IMG/VR virus record: IMGVR_UViG_3300008261_000001
Coordinates: 124,001 to 188,000 of that record
DNA: 64,000 nucleotides
Reading direction: 5' to 3' (one strand)
Shown here: one piece after another, positions 18,131 to 27,665 of the stretch
Layout: each line of letters begins with the position of its first letter
How positions within the stretch are numbered: position 1 is the first letter of the stretch
The notes under the pieces: model-generated
What the model was told of the DNA's origin: nothing
What the model saw: the letters and a program-made list of their open reading frames with translations, nothing else
The model's database searches: none
Position numbers and translations under genes: made by a program

Positions 18131-20498
18131 GACTAAAACCGCTACAAGTTATCTCCCAAATGGGGGGTATTCACTTGAACATGGCTCTAACTATATGTTG
18201 GACGGTTTTCAGTTCGATACCGAGTATGGAGCTGGTCCATACGAAAAGGCTCGTCTGCCCGAGGCAAAAGGTTTATCCTCTTTGCCTAGTGGGATGATTC
18301 CTATGGATAGCTCAGGTGAGTCCTCTTTACCCGATGGGGTGGAGGTGGATTTGCAGTTAGACCTAGAGGAGATGACTAAGGATGCGAGTCAGAATATCGC
18401 TCTTGTAGATCACTCTTGGCTTGCTACACAGTCTGAGCCTGATTTGTCTGGGCAGAGGTCACTTGAGGATATTTACGAGCATTTGGCGAAGGGGCGTTTT
18501 GAGAACCCTGAGGTGAATCAGTTCAAAAATCTTCAAGACGCTTGGGGAACTGAGAGCACTACGGGTTTGGACATAATCCCTAATACTCAACGCCACCACG
18601 AAAAGTACAAGAACACCTATGAGGGCGTATCCAAAGTCCCTGGTGATGATGAGCGTCAAGAACTAGAGAAAATCCGTAGGAAGCTCGCCTATGGCGAACC
18701 TCTATCTCTTATCCTAAAAGAAGCCTCTGACCCTTTATCCATTAAGGGAGTTGTAGAGGCTGATTATGGATTATCGGGGAGGGTGTACATCAAGGAAGCC
18801 CATTTCCCTGGGTTGTTCAACGGTCGTTGGAACGAAGTCCTCACTAATAGGTGCAAGACAGCGATGTACATTGTGTCTGCACATAAGGATTGTGCGTTCG
18901 ATAGATTTTTGGGTATGGAGGTGGTGAAGTCTGTTAAGGATATTCCGTGGAGGAAGGTAGCCTCTGCTTTATTGCCGAGATTGGAAACTTACGGCATCCG
19001 AGTAGCGTCCGAGGTAAGCGATAAAGATAGAGTGCGTCTTGCCTTCATAGACTTGATTGAGGGCAGAGTAGCTCGTCATGAACCAGCTCAGTCTTGGTTC
19101 CCCACCCAGCGTGACGACACCGCTTTGATTTCTTTGGATCATGCAAGGAGGAAGCTCGAAGCCTCTCAAGTAGAACACACTTTCATAGCCTCTCAAGAGG
19201 TGGTGGAAGAGGGTAAAATCGCCAAGAGGCTTGATAGGATATCCAAGCAGATTGTCGAGCAAGGTTTATTGGATAAAGAGATAGTGGAGTCAGTTGTAGG
19301 TACAAATAAGACTGCACAACAAAAAATAGACAGACTGTATCAGTTATCCGCACAATCTTTAAACCCTGTTGTGGGTGACTATAAGGGTCAAGGTGTTGGA
19401 TTGACCGCGACCTCGACGAAGGTGTCTTCTTTTACAGAGGCGGATAGGCAGTCTTTAAGAGAAGCATCCGCTAGGGGAGATACACAGAGGAATACTAAGG
19501 CGATGGAGAAGATAGCACTTCTCATCAAGGCTGGGTTGATTACACACGACGAGGTTGCCGTGGCTATTAAGGGGGTGAAAGATCCTGATGGCAGAGTGGC
19601 GAGTGTATGCTCTTACATTGCCAAACCAAAAGTCGTGGGGACATATAACGACTACGACCTCAAAGAACACCGCATGGTGAAGCACTCCAAGAAGTTGGAT
19701 GAGCTTCCAGATATGGAAAAGAGGGCGAGTGCTAATCTATGGCGTGAGGCTCATGCTAAGGTGGATCAGCTTCTCAAGAGTGGTTTACTGAGCAAGCACG
19801 ACTTCGACTCTATCCAATCCATAGGTGACGCTAATGCGTATGTAAAGAAGGCATTTGACTTAGCTTCCAAGCCCTCAAGCGTGTCTACCTATGAGGGAAC
19901 AGAGACAGCCCACATCATCACCAAAAAGACATCGGATAAGTTATCCGATACGGAGTTAAAGGTGGCGACTTGGTTGCGTCAAAAGATGAGCGAGGGGTCG
20001 GCAGGTCAAGAACTCGATGTGTTGTTGAAGAGCAGATTCTCTGAGAAGGTATTGGATACTTACGGCACAAAGATAGCTTCTCTTAGGTCACAACACGAGG
20101 GTTTAGCGGGTCACGCTTATGTAGACGCAGGTGCTTACGCCACCGAGGGAGCCGATGGTTGTGAGAAGGGTGCTTTGCTCCACAGGGCGAATCAAGTACC
20201 TGTGGTGCTGATGGTGGATAAGTGTGCGTCTTGTGTGTTCAATGTGGAGGGTACTTGCCAAAAGTACAATAAGGCTCTCATTACCTCTCCTGTAGAGATA
20301 ATCGAGGACTTATCCGATTATCAGCGTGAGAACATACGGCTTGCGAACGGCACAGACGCGGACAGAACGGCTTCCCTTTTCGTGAACGACTATGATCCTG
20401 ATGAGTTTGGACTACTTACGCCCGACCAAGTAGAAATATCGGACGAAGTATCCAATAAGGCATTGGGGGATGTGTTGTTCGGTGGCTTTGAGGTCTAA
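18123..20498 (+). CDS. Large hypothetical protein, probable head component with internal repeats and Cys cluster
   Basis: Start MSKTKTA after AGGAG; repeats GLSGRVYI/GLAGHAYV and LIKAGLI/LLKSGLL; CxxC..C near C-terminus. Confidence 0.7.
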   Translation: MSKTKTATSYLPNGGYSLEHGSNYMLDGFQFDTEYGAGPYEKARLPEAKGLSSLPSGMIPMDSSGESSLPDGVEVDLQLDLEEMTKDASQNIALVDHSWLATQSEPDLSGQRSLEDIYEHLAKGRFENPEVNQFKNLQDAWGTESTTGLDIIPNTQRHHEKYKNTYEGVSKVPGDDERQELEKIRRKLAYGEPLSLILKEASDPLSIKGVVEADYGLSGRVYIKEAHFPGLFNGRWNEVLTNRCKTAMYIVSAHKDCAFDRFLGMEVVKSVKDIPWRKVASALLPRLETYGIRVASEVSDKDRVRLAFIDLIEGRVARHEPAQSWFPTQRDDTALISLDHARRKLEASQVEHTFIASQEVVEEGKIAKRLDRISKQIVEQGLLDKEIVESVVGTNKTAQQKIDRLYQLSAQSLNPVVGDYKGQGVGLTATSTKVSSFTEADRQSLREASARGDTQRNTKAMEKIALLIKAGLITHDEVAVAIKGVKDPDGRVASVCSYIAKPKVVGTYNDYDLKEHRMVKHSKKLDELPDMEKRASANLWREAHAKVDQLLKSGLLSKHDFDSIQSIGDANAYVKKAFDLASKPSSVSTYEGTETAHIITKKTSDKLSDTELKVATWLRQKMSEGSAGQELDVLLKSRFSEKVLDTYGTKIASLRSQHEGLAGHAYVDAGAYATEGADGCEKGALLHRANQVPVVLMVDKCASCVFNVEGTCQKYNKALITSPVEIIEDLSDYQRENIRLANGTDADRTASLFVNDYDPDEFGLLTPDQVEISDEVSNKALGDVLFGGFEV

Positions 20499-20509
20499 GG
20501 AGAAACGAT

Positions 20510-21175
20510 ATGCTTCCATCATATGTAAACCGTATAGCGACCTCCCAACGCTTTAAGATGTTGGTGGGGCATAATCTTCGACCCTCAGACCCCTCAAAAG
20601 GAGAAGCGGGTAATCCGATCCCAATAAGAAGGGCTTTCGAGACTCAAGTGATAACGACTCATATGGGGAACGCTGTATTAGCGATAGCAAACCCCAATCA
20701 GACGGGAGTTAGGATAGTCGTAAACTCGTTAGATTTTGGAAATGTGAACTTGGGTGGTGCAGTTAAGTACGACTATGACGAGATACAAGTGCAAGCCACG
20801 AATATGTTCGACCAAGACCGTGTACCTGCACTACAGATTGGAAATCACATCTCTCGTTTAATGGGCGAGGGTGTAGGGAATGTGAACGACTTGGCAGGAG
20901 AGTTAGCTGACGCTCTCAACGAGTCTGGTATGGGTTTGAAGGCTGTTGTAGACCCACTGAGCTTAAACGAAGTTATTTGTACGACTTTGGGGACGACTGA
21001 TTCTTTATTCGTAAAGGTTTTGTCTTTTAGTTGGGATTTGTTGGGTGGTACACCGCCTTTTGTTATCCAAGACTTAGATGGTAATGTTTTGTACGATCCT
21101 GCTACTGCCACAAATAGTGGGGCGGTAGCACTCGTAATAAACGCTAAAAGCACATCACCTATGACTTCAAGCTGA
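20510..21175 (+). CDS. Hypothetical structural protein
   Basis: AAGGAG RBS, in head operon. Confidence 0.7.
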   Translation: MLPSYVNRIATSQRFKMLVGHNLRPSDPSKGEAGNPIPIRRAFETQVITTHMGNAVLAIANPNQTGVRIVVNSLDFGNVNLGGAVKYDYDEIQVQATNMFDQDRVPALQIGNHISRLMGEGVGNVNDLAGELADALNESGMGLKAVVDPLSLNEVICTTLGTTDSLFVKVLSFSWDLLGGTPPFVIQDLDGNVLYDPATATNSGAVALVINAKSTSPMTSS

Positions 21176-21194
21176 TAGGAAAAGGGAGCTATCC

Positions 21195-21902
21195 ATGTCG
21201 AACATACCAATACCTGCTGGAGCGTCAAGGGTGAGGGTGGAGGACGAGTTCGGTAAGACGATATGGAGAAAACCATCGGATATACTCCCAACGGATGTAG
21301 TGCCTCTAAACCCTAAAACTGGGGAACCCTTTGTCATGCTGAGTAATCCTGGACGAGGGAGTCCGAGCTTAAGGGCTACGGCAGTGCCTGTACCACAATC
21401 GTCTACTTCCACATATCAGGCACCTGTTGTGGCTAATAACCCAGCTCTCGCTATCCAAAATCAAAATCAGAGGAAGTTGGGTAAGTTGGATACTGATCCA
21501 GTGTATGGTCAGTTGAGGCAAAATCCAGATTCTTCGGATGTACTTACGCGAGTAATAGAGGGCTTATCCGAAGAGGCTGCGAGCTTGGCTTTTGAGCGTG
21601 AAGAAGCAGAGCGTAAAGGGGAGCCCACTTCTCAAATATCCTTAAGGCGAGTGAACGCTTTAAAAGCAGTTGGAGACACATGGATAAAGAAGCGTGAGAT
21701 TTTATCCTCAAAGTCCATAGACTTGGAGTCGAAGGCATTTAGAAGATTATTTGGGCATATAGCCGAGACTTTCCGTAGGGCGTGTGACGAGTCTGGGTGT
21801 CGTCCAGAGCTTGCGGAGAGCATATTCGCCACCTTTGGTAAGTTAGTGGACGAGGCGGAGTGGATAGCCGATGCGAAAAAGACTATGGAAGAGGATAAGT
21901 GA
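21195..21902 (+). CDS. Hypothetical protein, candidate terminase small subunit
   Basis: Directly upstream of terL, helical C-half; function inferred from position only. Confidence 0.45.
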   Translation: MSNIPIPAGASRVRVEDEFGKTIWRKPSDILPTDVVPLNPKTGEPFVMLSNPGRGSPSLRATAVPVPQSSTSTYQAPVVANNPALAIQNQNQRKLGKLDTDPVYGQLRQNPDSSDVLTRVIEGLSEEAASLAFEREEAERKGEPTSQISLRRVNALKAVGDTWIKKREILSSKSIDLESKAFRRLFGHIAETFRRACDESGCRPELAESIFATFGKLVDEAEWIADAKKTMEEDK

Positions 21903-21909
21903 GGGGTGA

Positions 21910-23766
21910 ATGAGTTTATCTTCAGTAGCAATAGCTGCCAGTGCTAAGGCAGGTAAACAATCTGAACACAATGCGGATATTATTGAGTTTGTCGAAGCCT
22001 CTTGGGGGCTGAAGATGACTCTTTTCCCTGTGCAGAAGGTTATCCTAAAAGCCCACTATGGGTTAGAGTTGGACGACACCAAGAAGTTTACGATTACCGA
22101 TTGGAGGAGACAGAACGCCCGTCATGTCACTGAAAAGGAGTACTTAAAAATCCTCTTTGAAGAGGGTAGATGCAACATAGGAGAGGTCATCCCTGGCAAA
22201 CAAAGGCGAGAGATGATTTTGTCCATAGGTCGTAGATCTGGTAAGACGACTATTTCCGCGTGTATAGCCGCTTACGAGACATACAAGCTCATTAAGAAGG
22301 GCGACCCTCAGAGATATTATGGGTTGCCCGCCTCTAACAATATACAGATTATTTCTGTGGCTACGGATAAAGACCAAGCTGGATTACTTTATCAAGAGGT
22401 GTCAGGACACTATCGCAACTGCTCGTTCTTTGGTCCATACACAGCGAATAACACCCTAAGCTACGCTCGTTTCCAAACACCTGCGGATGTGGACAAATAC
22501 GGAAGGTACTTGGACGATCCTTCTGCTAAAGCCACTCTGAAAGTGACTTTTAGGTCGTGTGTGGCGAAGGGTCTTCGTGGTGCAGGTAATATCTGTGTGA
22601 TACTCGACGAGGTGGCTCACTTTACGGATAAAGGTCAGTCAGGTGCAGAGGAGGTGTACAACGCGGTAGTACCTTCTACTTCTGCATATTCACCCAAAGA
22701 TCCCGTAAATCCCACTAAACCTATCGGTGAGGTGGAGGGTCGAGTTATCCTTATTTCTTCACCTTTAGGGAAGCAAGGGCTGTTTTACAATCTGTTTCAG
22801 ATAGGTATGCAAGGTGGTGCTGCTTCGGATAATATTCTAGCTGTGCAAGCTCCTACATGGGAGGTGAACCCTACGGTACCTGCGAGCGAGTTCGAAAAGC
22901 ATTACCTCAAAAATGCCACCGTGTTCTTTACAGAGTATGGAGGCGAGTTTACGGATAGAACTCGTGGTTGGTTGGAGTCGGCAGAAGACCTTTATGCGTG
23001 TGTAGATCCTAAACTAAAGCCCTCTACTTCCGCACCAGCTAGGAAACCCCACTACATGGGCATCGACTTGGGTTTGGTAGGGGACGCAAGTGCTATAGCT
23101 ATTGGACACCTAGAGGGTGATAAGATAGTGTTGGACTTGGTAGATCAGATTAAAGCAGGCGAGGGTAAGTACAAGGACAAGGAACGCTTGGACTTTGATG
23201 AGGTGGCGGATTGGATACATGGATGGAGTAAGAAGTTTTACATATCCGAGGCTATCTTCGACCAATGGGTGGGCATCCCTCTACAGCAAGCCCTAGAAAA
23301 GAGGGGTCTGAAACAGATGGTGTCGGTTAATATGACAAAGCAGTTAACCTCACAGATGTTCCAAAACTTTAAGGATATGATGTGGGACAGCAGACTGAAA
23401 CTCTACGACAAGCCAAACCCAGAAGTTAACGGTCATGAGCCTTATCTCTTAGAGTTGTTGGAGCTACAAGCGACTGTACACTCTAAGAACATAATCTCAG
23501 TCGAAGCACCCCAAGTAGCTGGCAAGCACGACGATATGTCGGATGCCCTTGTGCGTATGATATGGGTAGCTTCTAACCATATAGGCACACAGAAGCATTT
23601 CGCCATATCAGGCGGATCTTATAGACACCCCTTAGCGGCGGGTTCTAAGGTACTAGCCCAAGCGAGCTATGTGAGAGGTGGTAGCGATGAGAGGCGTATG
23701 GCACCTAAAGCACCTCGTCCAACATTGAGGGACGCTATCAATAAACGCTTTGGTGGCGGTGTTTAA
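21910..23766 (+). CDS. terL: Terminase large subunit
   Basis: GRRSGKT, VILDEVAHF, LISSPLG, YMGIDLG, HDDMSDA. Confidence 0.92.
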   Translation: MSLSSVAIAASAKAGKQSEHNADIIEFVEASWGLKMTLFPVQKVILKAHYGLELDDTKKFTITDWRRQNARHVTEKEYLKILFEEGRCNIGEVIPGKQRREMILSIGRRSGKTTISACIAAYETYKLIKKGDPQRYYGLPASNNIQIISVATDKDQAGLLYQEVSGHYRNCSFFGPYTANNTLSYARFQTPADVDKYGRYLDDPSAKATLKVTFRSCVAKGLRGAGNICVILDEVAHFTDKGQSGAEEVYNAVVPSTSAYSPKDPVNPTKPIGEVEGRVILISSPLGKQGLFYNLFQIGMQGGAASDNILAVQAPTWEVNPTVPASEFEKHYLKNATVFFTEYGGEFTDRTRGWLESAEDLYACVDPKLKPSTSAPARKPHYMGIDLGLVGDASAIAIGHLEGDKIVLDLVDQIKAGEGKYKDKERLDFDEVADWIHGWSKKFYISEAIFDQWVGIPLQQALEKRGLKQMVSVNMTKQLTSQMFQNFKDMMWDSRLKLYDKPNPEVNGHEPYLLELLELQATVHSKNIISVEAPQVAGKHDDMSDALVRMIWVASNHIGTQKHFAISGGSYRHPLAAGSKVLAQASYVRGGSDERRMAPKAPRPTLRDAINKRFGGGV

Positions 23767-23819
23767 CGCTTTATACTCCCTCGTATTAACTATCCAATAT
23801 CTGATGGGAGTATAAAGCA

Positions 23820-24071
23820 ATGACCGAGCCCATTTATCCAAAGAGTCGTAAGAGGGCGGACTACAGGGTGATAGCGAGGATCTTGGAGTTAAGCCACGGT
23901 CAGAACCACCCAAGTGATGACTTGCTAGAGGAGATTTCCATTTTCTACAAGAGCAAGGGGGGGACTTGGGTAAAGTTTTTTGAGGGTAATCCGGATCATA
24001 ATAAGTTATTAAAAGCAGCGATCTCGTTTATAATGAAGCAAAAGAAGGAGCTGTATGATAGACGACAATGA
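23820..24071 (+). CDS. Hypothetical protein
   Basis: 83 aa, GGGAG RBS, between terL and portal. Confidence 0.65.
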   Translation: MTEPIYPKSRKRADYRVIARILELSHGQNHPSDDLLEEISIFYKSKGGTWVKFFEGNPDHNKLLKAAISFIMKQKKELYDRRQ

Positions 24072-25740
24072 TGAGATGGGTAAGCCTGTAGCCGAGATTA
24101 AACAGAAATCTAAGGTGAGCACGAGGAAGTTGTCTCCAACGGAGATGAAGTCCCGTGTTAAGGTCGCTATGACCACAGGCGGTTCGATGATGGGTAGCGG
24201 TGGAAACTTCTACTCACCTGAACTATCCACAGATTTCTTAGAGCTACCCCAAAGCCAAGACGAGCAAAGGAACTACTTTAGGTTCTTTTATCGCACGGAT
24301 CCCTTTGTGGGGCAAGCGGTGGACTTACACACAGAGTTGCCGTTATCCAAAATCCGCTTGGGGTTGCCCAAAGCTAAAAATAGGGATATGGCTTATGAGG
24401 CGTTGCGGTTTTGTGAGAAGTGGTCGAAGCGTGTGGGTTTGCTTCATAGGCTCATAGAGATACTGCACGAGTACAACCTTTTGGGTGAGGTGTTTGTTTT
24501 CTGTGAAGACAATAACCCCGATATGCCCAAGACGGTCACACACAAGAAGATCAATAAGCTCACTCGTGAAGGGGAAGCGATTGAGGATTGGGAGGAGTAC
24601 GAGGACTCTCTAGATAGAGCTTACAAGTGGCTTAAAAAGAACTATAAGGGTTGGACAAGCCTAAAGGTATTGCCACCCGAACAAGTACATATGGAGACTT
24701 TTCCATTTACATCCGAAAAGATCGTGGAACTGATTCCAGACTCCAAGACAAAGGCGGTGGTGGAGCGAGCTTCCATGCAAGACCCCTCTGCAATGAGGGT
24801 CGTAGAGTCAATGCCTTCTGATGTAGTGGAGGCACTAAGGGAGGGTCGCAACATCCCCTTAAACACAGATCCAGATGCTGGTAGCTTTGTGTACTTCATG
24901 GCTCGTAAGAAGTCTCAGTATGAGCCAAGAGGTCACTCTATCCTAGAACGCTGTCTGCGTATCCTTATTTACAGGGATAAGCTGAGGCAAGCCCAGACCT
25001 CGATAGCGTCTAGACACATGACACCCATACGCCTTGTCTATGCGGAAGACATGGACGCGGCTGATGTCGAGGCGTTGCGTGACCAAGTGGACTTAGCTCT
25101 GCAAGACCCAGATTACTCGATCATTGCTAACTTCCAAGTGTCTTGGGAGGAGATGGGTGCTGATTCGCGTCTATTGGACTTGAGCGGTGAGTACGATATG
25201 ACGGATAGACAAATGTACGCGGGCTTAGGCGTGACTGAGTCTCTGTTGTCGGGCGAGTCTAGCTACTCAGGCGATAGGATAAACCTAGAGGTCATTAACA
25301 CACGCTATATGCTCATGCGTGAAGTGCTTCAAGAGATGGTGGAGGAAAATATCCTAAAGCCCATGTGTAAGCGTATGGGCTTCATAGAGGAAGACGAGGA
25401 CGGAGAAGAGGTAGTCGTTCACCCAACCTTGAGCTTTACTCGCTTAGGGTTGAGGGATAACCAAGACACCTTTGACGCTCTCTTTAATCTCTATCAGAAG
25501 GGTTCTTTGGACATCGACATCATCTTGGAGTTGTTGAACATAGACCCACAGACGACCAAAGCGAAGCTAGAGAGGGATATGTTCACGCTGAACGACTCTC
25601 AGTTCAACGAGGTGTTGAGGGGCATTTATGGAGATGCAGGGTCTAAGCTGGCTGAAAACTCTGACGCGATAGAGCGTATCGCTAGAAATCTAGGTTTGAA
25701 GTACACACCTCCAGCGGATGAAGATGGCGGTCGGTTCTAA
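24055..25740 (+). CDS. Portal protein
   Basis: 561 aa after terL; FYRTDPFVGQAVDLHTELPLSK, RGHSILERC, GLGV..SLLSGESSYS. Confidence 0.8.
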   Translation: MIDDNDEMGKPVAEIKQKSKVSTRKLSPTEMKSRVKVAMTTGGSMMGSGGNFYSPELSTDFLELPQSQDEQRNYFRFFYRTDPFVGQAVDLHTELPLSKIRLGLPKAKNRDMAYEALRFCEKWSKRVGLLHRLIEILHEYNLLGEVFVFCEDNNPDMPKTVTHKKINKLTREGEAIEDWEEYEDSLDRAYKWLKKNYKGWTSLKVLPPEQVHMETFPFTSEKIVELIPDSKTKAVVERASMQDPSAMRVVESMPSDVVEALREGRNIPLNTDPDAGSFVYFMARKKSQYEPRGHSILERCLRILIYRDKLRQAQTSIASRHMTPIRLVYAEDMDAADVEALRDQVDLALQDPDYSIIANFQVSWEEMGADSRLLDLSGEYDMTDRQMYAGLGVTESLLSGESSYSGDRINLEVINTRYMLMREVLQEMVEENILKPMCKRMGFIEEDEDGEEVVVHPTLSFTRLGLRDNQDTFDALFNLYQKGSLDIDIILELLNIDPQTTKAKLERDMFTLNDSQFNEVLRGIYGDAGSKLAENSDAIERIARNLGLKYTPPADEDGGRF

Positions 25741-25902
25741 TAGATTATTTATACTCCAAGATAGCGGATAGGTTAACCCTTAACCCAACCCCTGTCTTGG
25801 AGTAATCAAGATGAGAACAGCATCGGAAGTATTAAGAAGCCTTGAGGCTCGTATCGCTCGTTTAGAGGGTCGCACAGCTTCTTCAAAGAGAAGTGCAAGC
25901 CT
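25725..25902 (+). repeat. Direct repeat copy 1 (portal 3' end + promoter + UTR hairpin + leader codons)
   Basis: Near-identical to 26380-26557. Confidence 0.92.
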
Positions 25903-26293
25903 TACCCCCCACCTTCGTAAAGTTTCTTCGATGATGAAATTAAACTTCAAAGTGTACACAGATGACTATGACCTTTCAGAGGATGATAGGGATATGCTCC
26001 TTGATTCCGCTGTTAAGCACCTAAGTAAAGTATTCGGTGGGAGGGTAAGTATTGATGGTGGTAGTTATGGAGAGTTTCATCTGTGCAGTATGGGTGTGAC
26101 TCTAAAAGAGGCAGGGGAGATTATGAGTCTTGTGGAAAGAAAAGATGTTGGTCATCTCACCATACCCGTAGGAATGGGAGCCTCCCCCGTTTACGCACAA
26201 GACTTCTATCTAAGTGATGTTCGTGGGAAAACTATTGCTGAGGGAGATGATCTGATTGAGTATCTTACTAATGCAGGTGTGATGATCAACTAA
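25811..26293 (+). CDS. MRTASEVL-leader cargo protein 1
   Basis: Shared 31-aa leader; GGAG RBS. Confidence 0.85.
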   Translation: MRTASEVLRSLEARIARLEGRTASSKRSASLTPHLRKVSSMMKLNFKVYTDDYDLSEDDRDMLLDSAVKHLSKVFGGRVSIDGGSYGEFHLCSMGVTLKEAGEIMSLVERKDVGHLTIPVGMGASPVYAQDFYLSDVRGKTIAEGDDLIEYLTNAGVMIN

Positions 26294-26379
26294 GCCTTAG
26301 TGCTAAGTTTATTAGTGGTTTTGACTCAATAAACCCTTTATGAACCAACACCCCTAGATTTATCGCCCATAATGAACCC

Positions 26380-26557
26380 TGGCGGTCGGTTCTAATAGAT
26401 TATTTATACTCCAAGATAGCGGATAGGTTAACCCTTAACCCAACCCCTGTCTTGGAGTAATCAAGATGAGAACAGCATCAGAAGTCTTAAGAAGCCTTGA
26501 AGCTCGTATTGCCCGTTTAGAGGGTCGCACAGCTTCTTCAAAGAGAAGTGCAAGCCT
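26380..26557 (+). repeat. Direct repeat copy 2
   Basis: Near-identical to 25725-25902. Confidence 0.92.
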
Positions 26558-26963
26558 CACCGCCCCCCATCGTAAATCTGCCTCTCATAACGATATGGAC
26601 TATAAAGTTTGGACATATGATTTGATGTTCACTCTTTATCAAGAAGGCAGCATCCTTTCAGATGACGAACTGGAAAAAATGCTCAGAGCGAGTGTTAATG
26701 ATCTAACAAAGATATTTGACGAAAAAGTATATATTGAAGATTATATGGATGGGAGACTTTCATGCGGTATTTCAAATTTGGATCTAGAATCCGTCCATCG
26801 GATTATGAAATATGTGGATAGATTTGCTGTAGGTCCTTACACCATAGAAACAAGACGGGGATCAGGTGTTTACGCAAATGGCTTTGTGCTGTTGGACGAC
26901 AACTCCGGTCGCCGCGTGGCGGAGGGGGACGAACTGATGGATTTGCTTGAGAGGTGGGCGTAA
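26466..26963 (+). CDS. MRTASEVL-leader cargo protein 2 (distant paralog of cargo 1)
   Basis: Identical leader; cargo aligns weakly with 25811 (VGHLTI/VGPYTI, IAEGDDL/VAEGDEL). Confidence 0.85.
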   Translation: MRTASEVLRSLEARIARLEGRTASSKRSASLTAPHRKSASHNDMDYKVWTYDLMFTLYQEGSILSDDELEKMLRASVNDLTKIFDEKVYIEDYMDGRLSCGISNLDLESVHRIMKYVDRFAVGPYTIETRRGSGVYANGFVLLDDNSGRRVAEGDELMDLLERWA

Positions 26964-27035
26964 ATAGCCAATCAATAAACCCTTTATGAACCAACACCCC
27001 TAGATATAACTATCCAATATCTAGGGGTGTTGTTT

Positions 27036-27647
27036 ATGAGTCAGCACGAAAAGGATATGGGCTTATTGCCCATAATGAACCCTTTGTTCAACCTGCGTGA
27101 GATATGTAAGCAGATGGTGTTGCTAGAAGACCATCTGAACAATCCGCGTAAGCGTTGTCCCGACTGCATCTCAAAGCACTTCATCACAATAGAGGCTTTC
27201 TTTGAGGAAGCTATCTCATTGGATAAGGATTTGAAGTACAGCAAGCTCCTAGACGGCAAGGCTCAGATAATGAGGGACTTGCAGGGGTTGTGGTTGAAAT
27301 TCAAGGATACGGATAAAGAGGACAGGGGTTATGCCTTAGTAGCTCAGTTCTTGAGGCGACTGCGTAAGGACATACTGCCCATGTCGTTTGATGTAAGGAA
27401 GATGGCGTGTTTATCCGTTTCTTGTCCTCATCGGAAGCGTGTTGCTACCTTGACCCAAACGGAAAAAGAGGAGCGTGAGGTGGAGTCTCTAATCAAGACC
27501 TCGCCTAAGAAGAAGCCCCCTCGTAAGGATAAGATGAGGCGTAGGGTGGATGTTGAGGATAAAGATTTGGGTGGGAATAAGACCGACCCAGACCTCAAGA
27601 AAGCCTCTCTTATTCAGCGTGTGGTTGATCGCTATTTATCCCATTAA
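27036..27647 (+). CDS. Hypothetical protein with Cys/His cluster and basic tail
   Basis: LREICKQMVLLEDHL..RCPDCISKH; AATA-N5-TTTAT upstream. Confidence 0.7.
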   Translation: MSQHEKDMGLLPIMNPLFNLREICKQMVLLEDHLNNPRKRCPDCISKHFITIEAFFEEAISLDKDLKYSKLLDGKAQIMRDLQGLWLKFKDTDKEDRGYALVAQFLRRLRKDILPMSFDVRKMACLSVSCPHRKRVATLTQTEKEEREVESLIKTSPKKKPPRKDKMRRRVDVEDKDLGGNKTDPDLKKASLIQRVVDRYLSH

Positions 27648-27665
27648 ACCTAAGGTTGTATCAGT

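Noticed and set aside
25725-27083. Diversity-generating retroelement or integron
   Set aside because: No reverse transcriptase or integrase in the window; repeat differences are synonymous rather than adenine-specific; no attC-like structure
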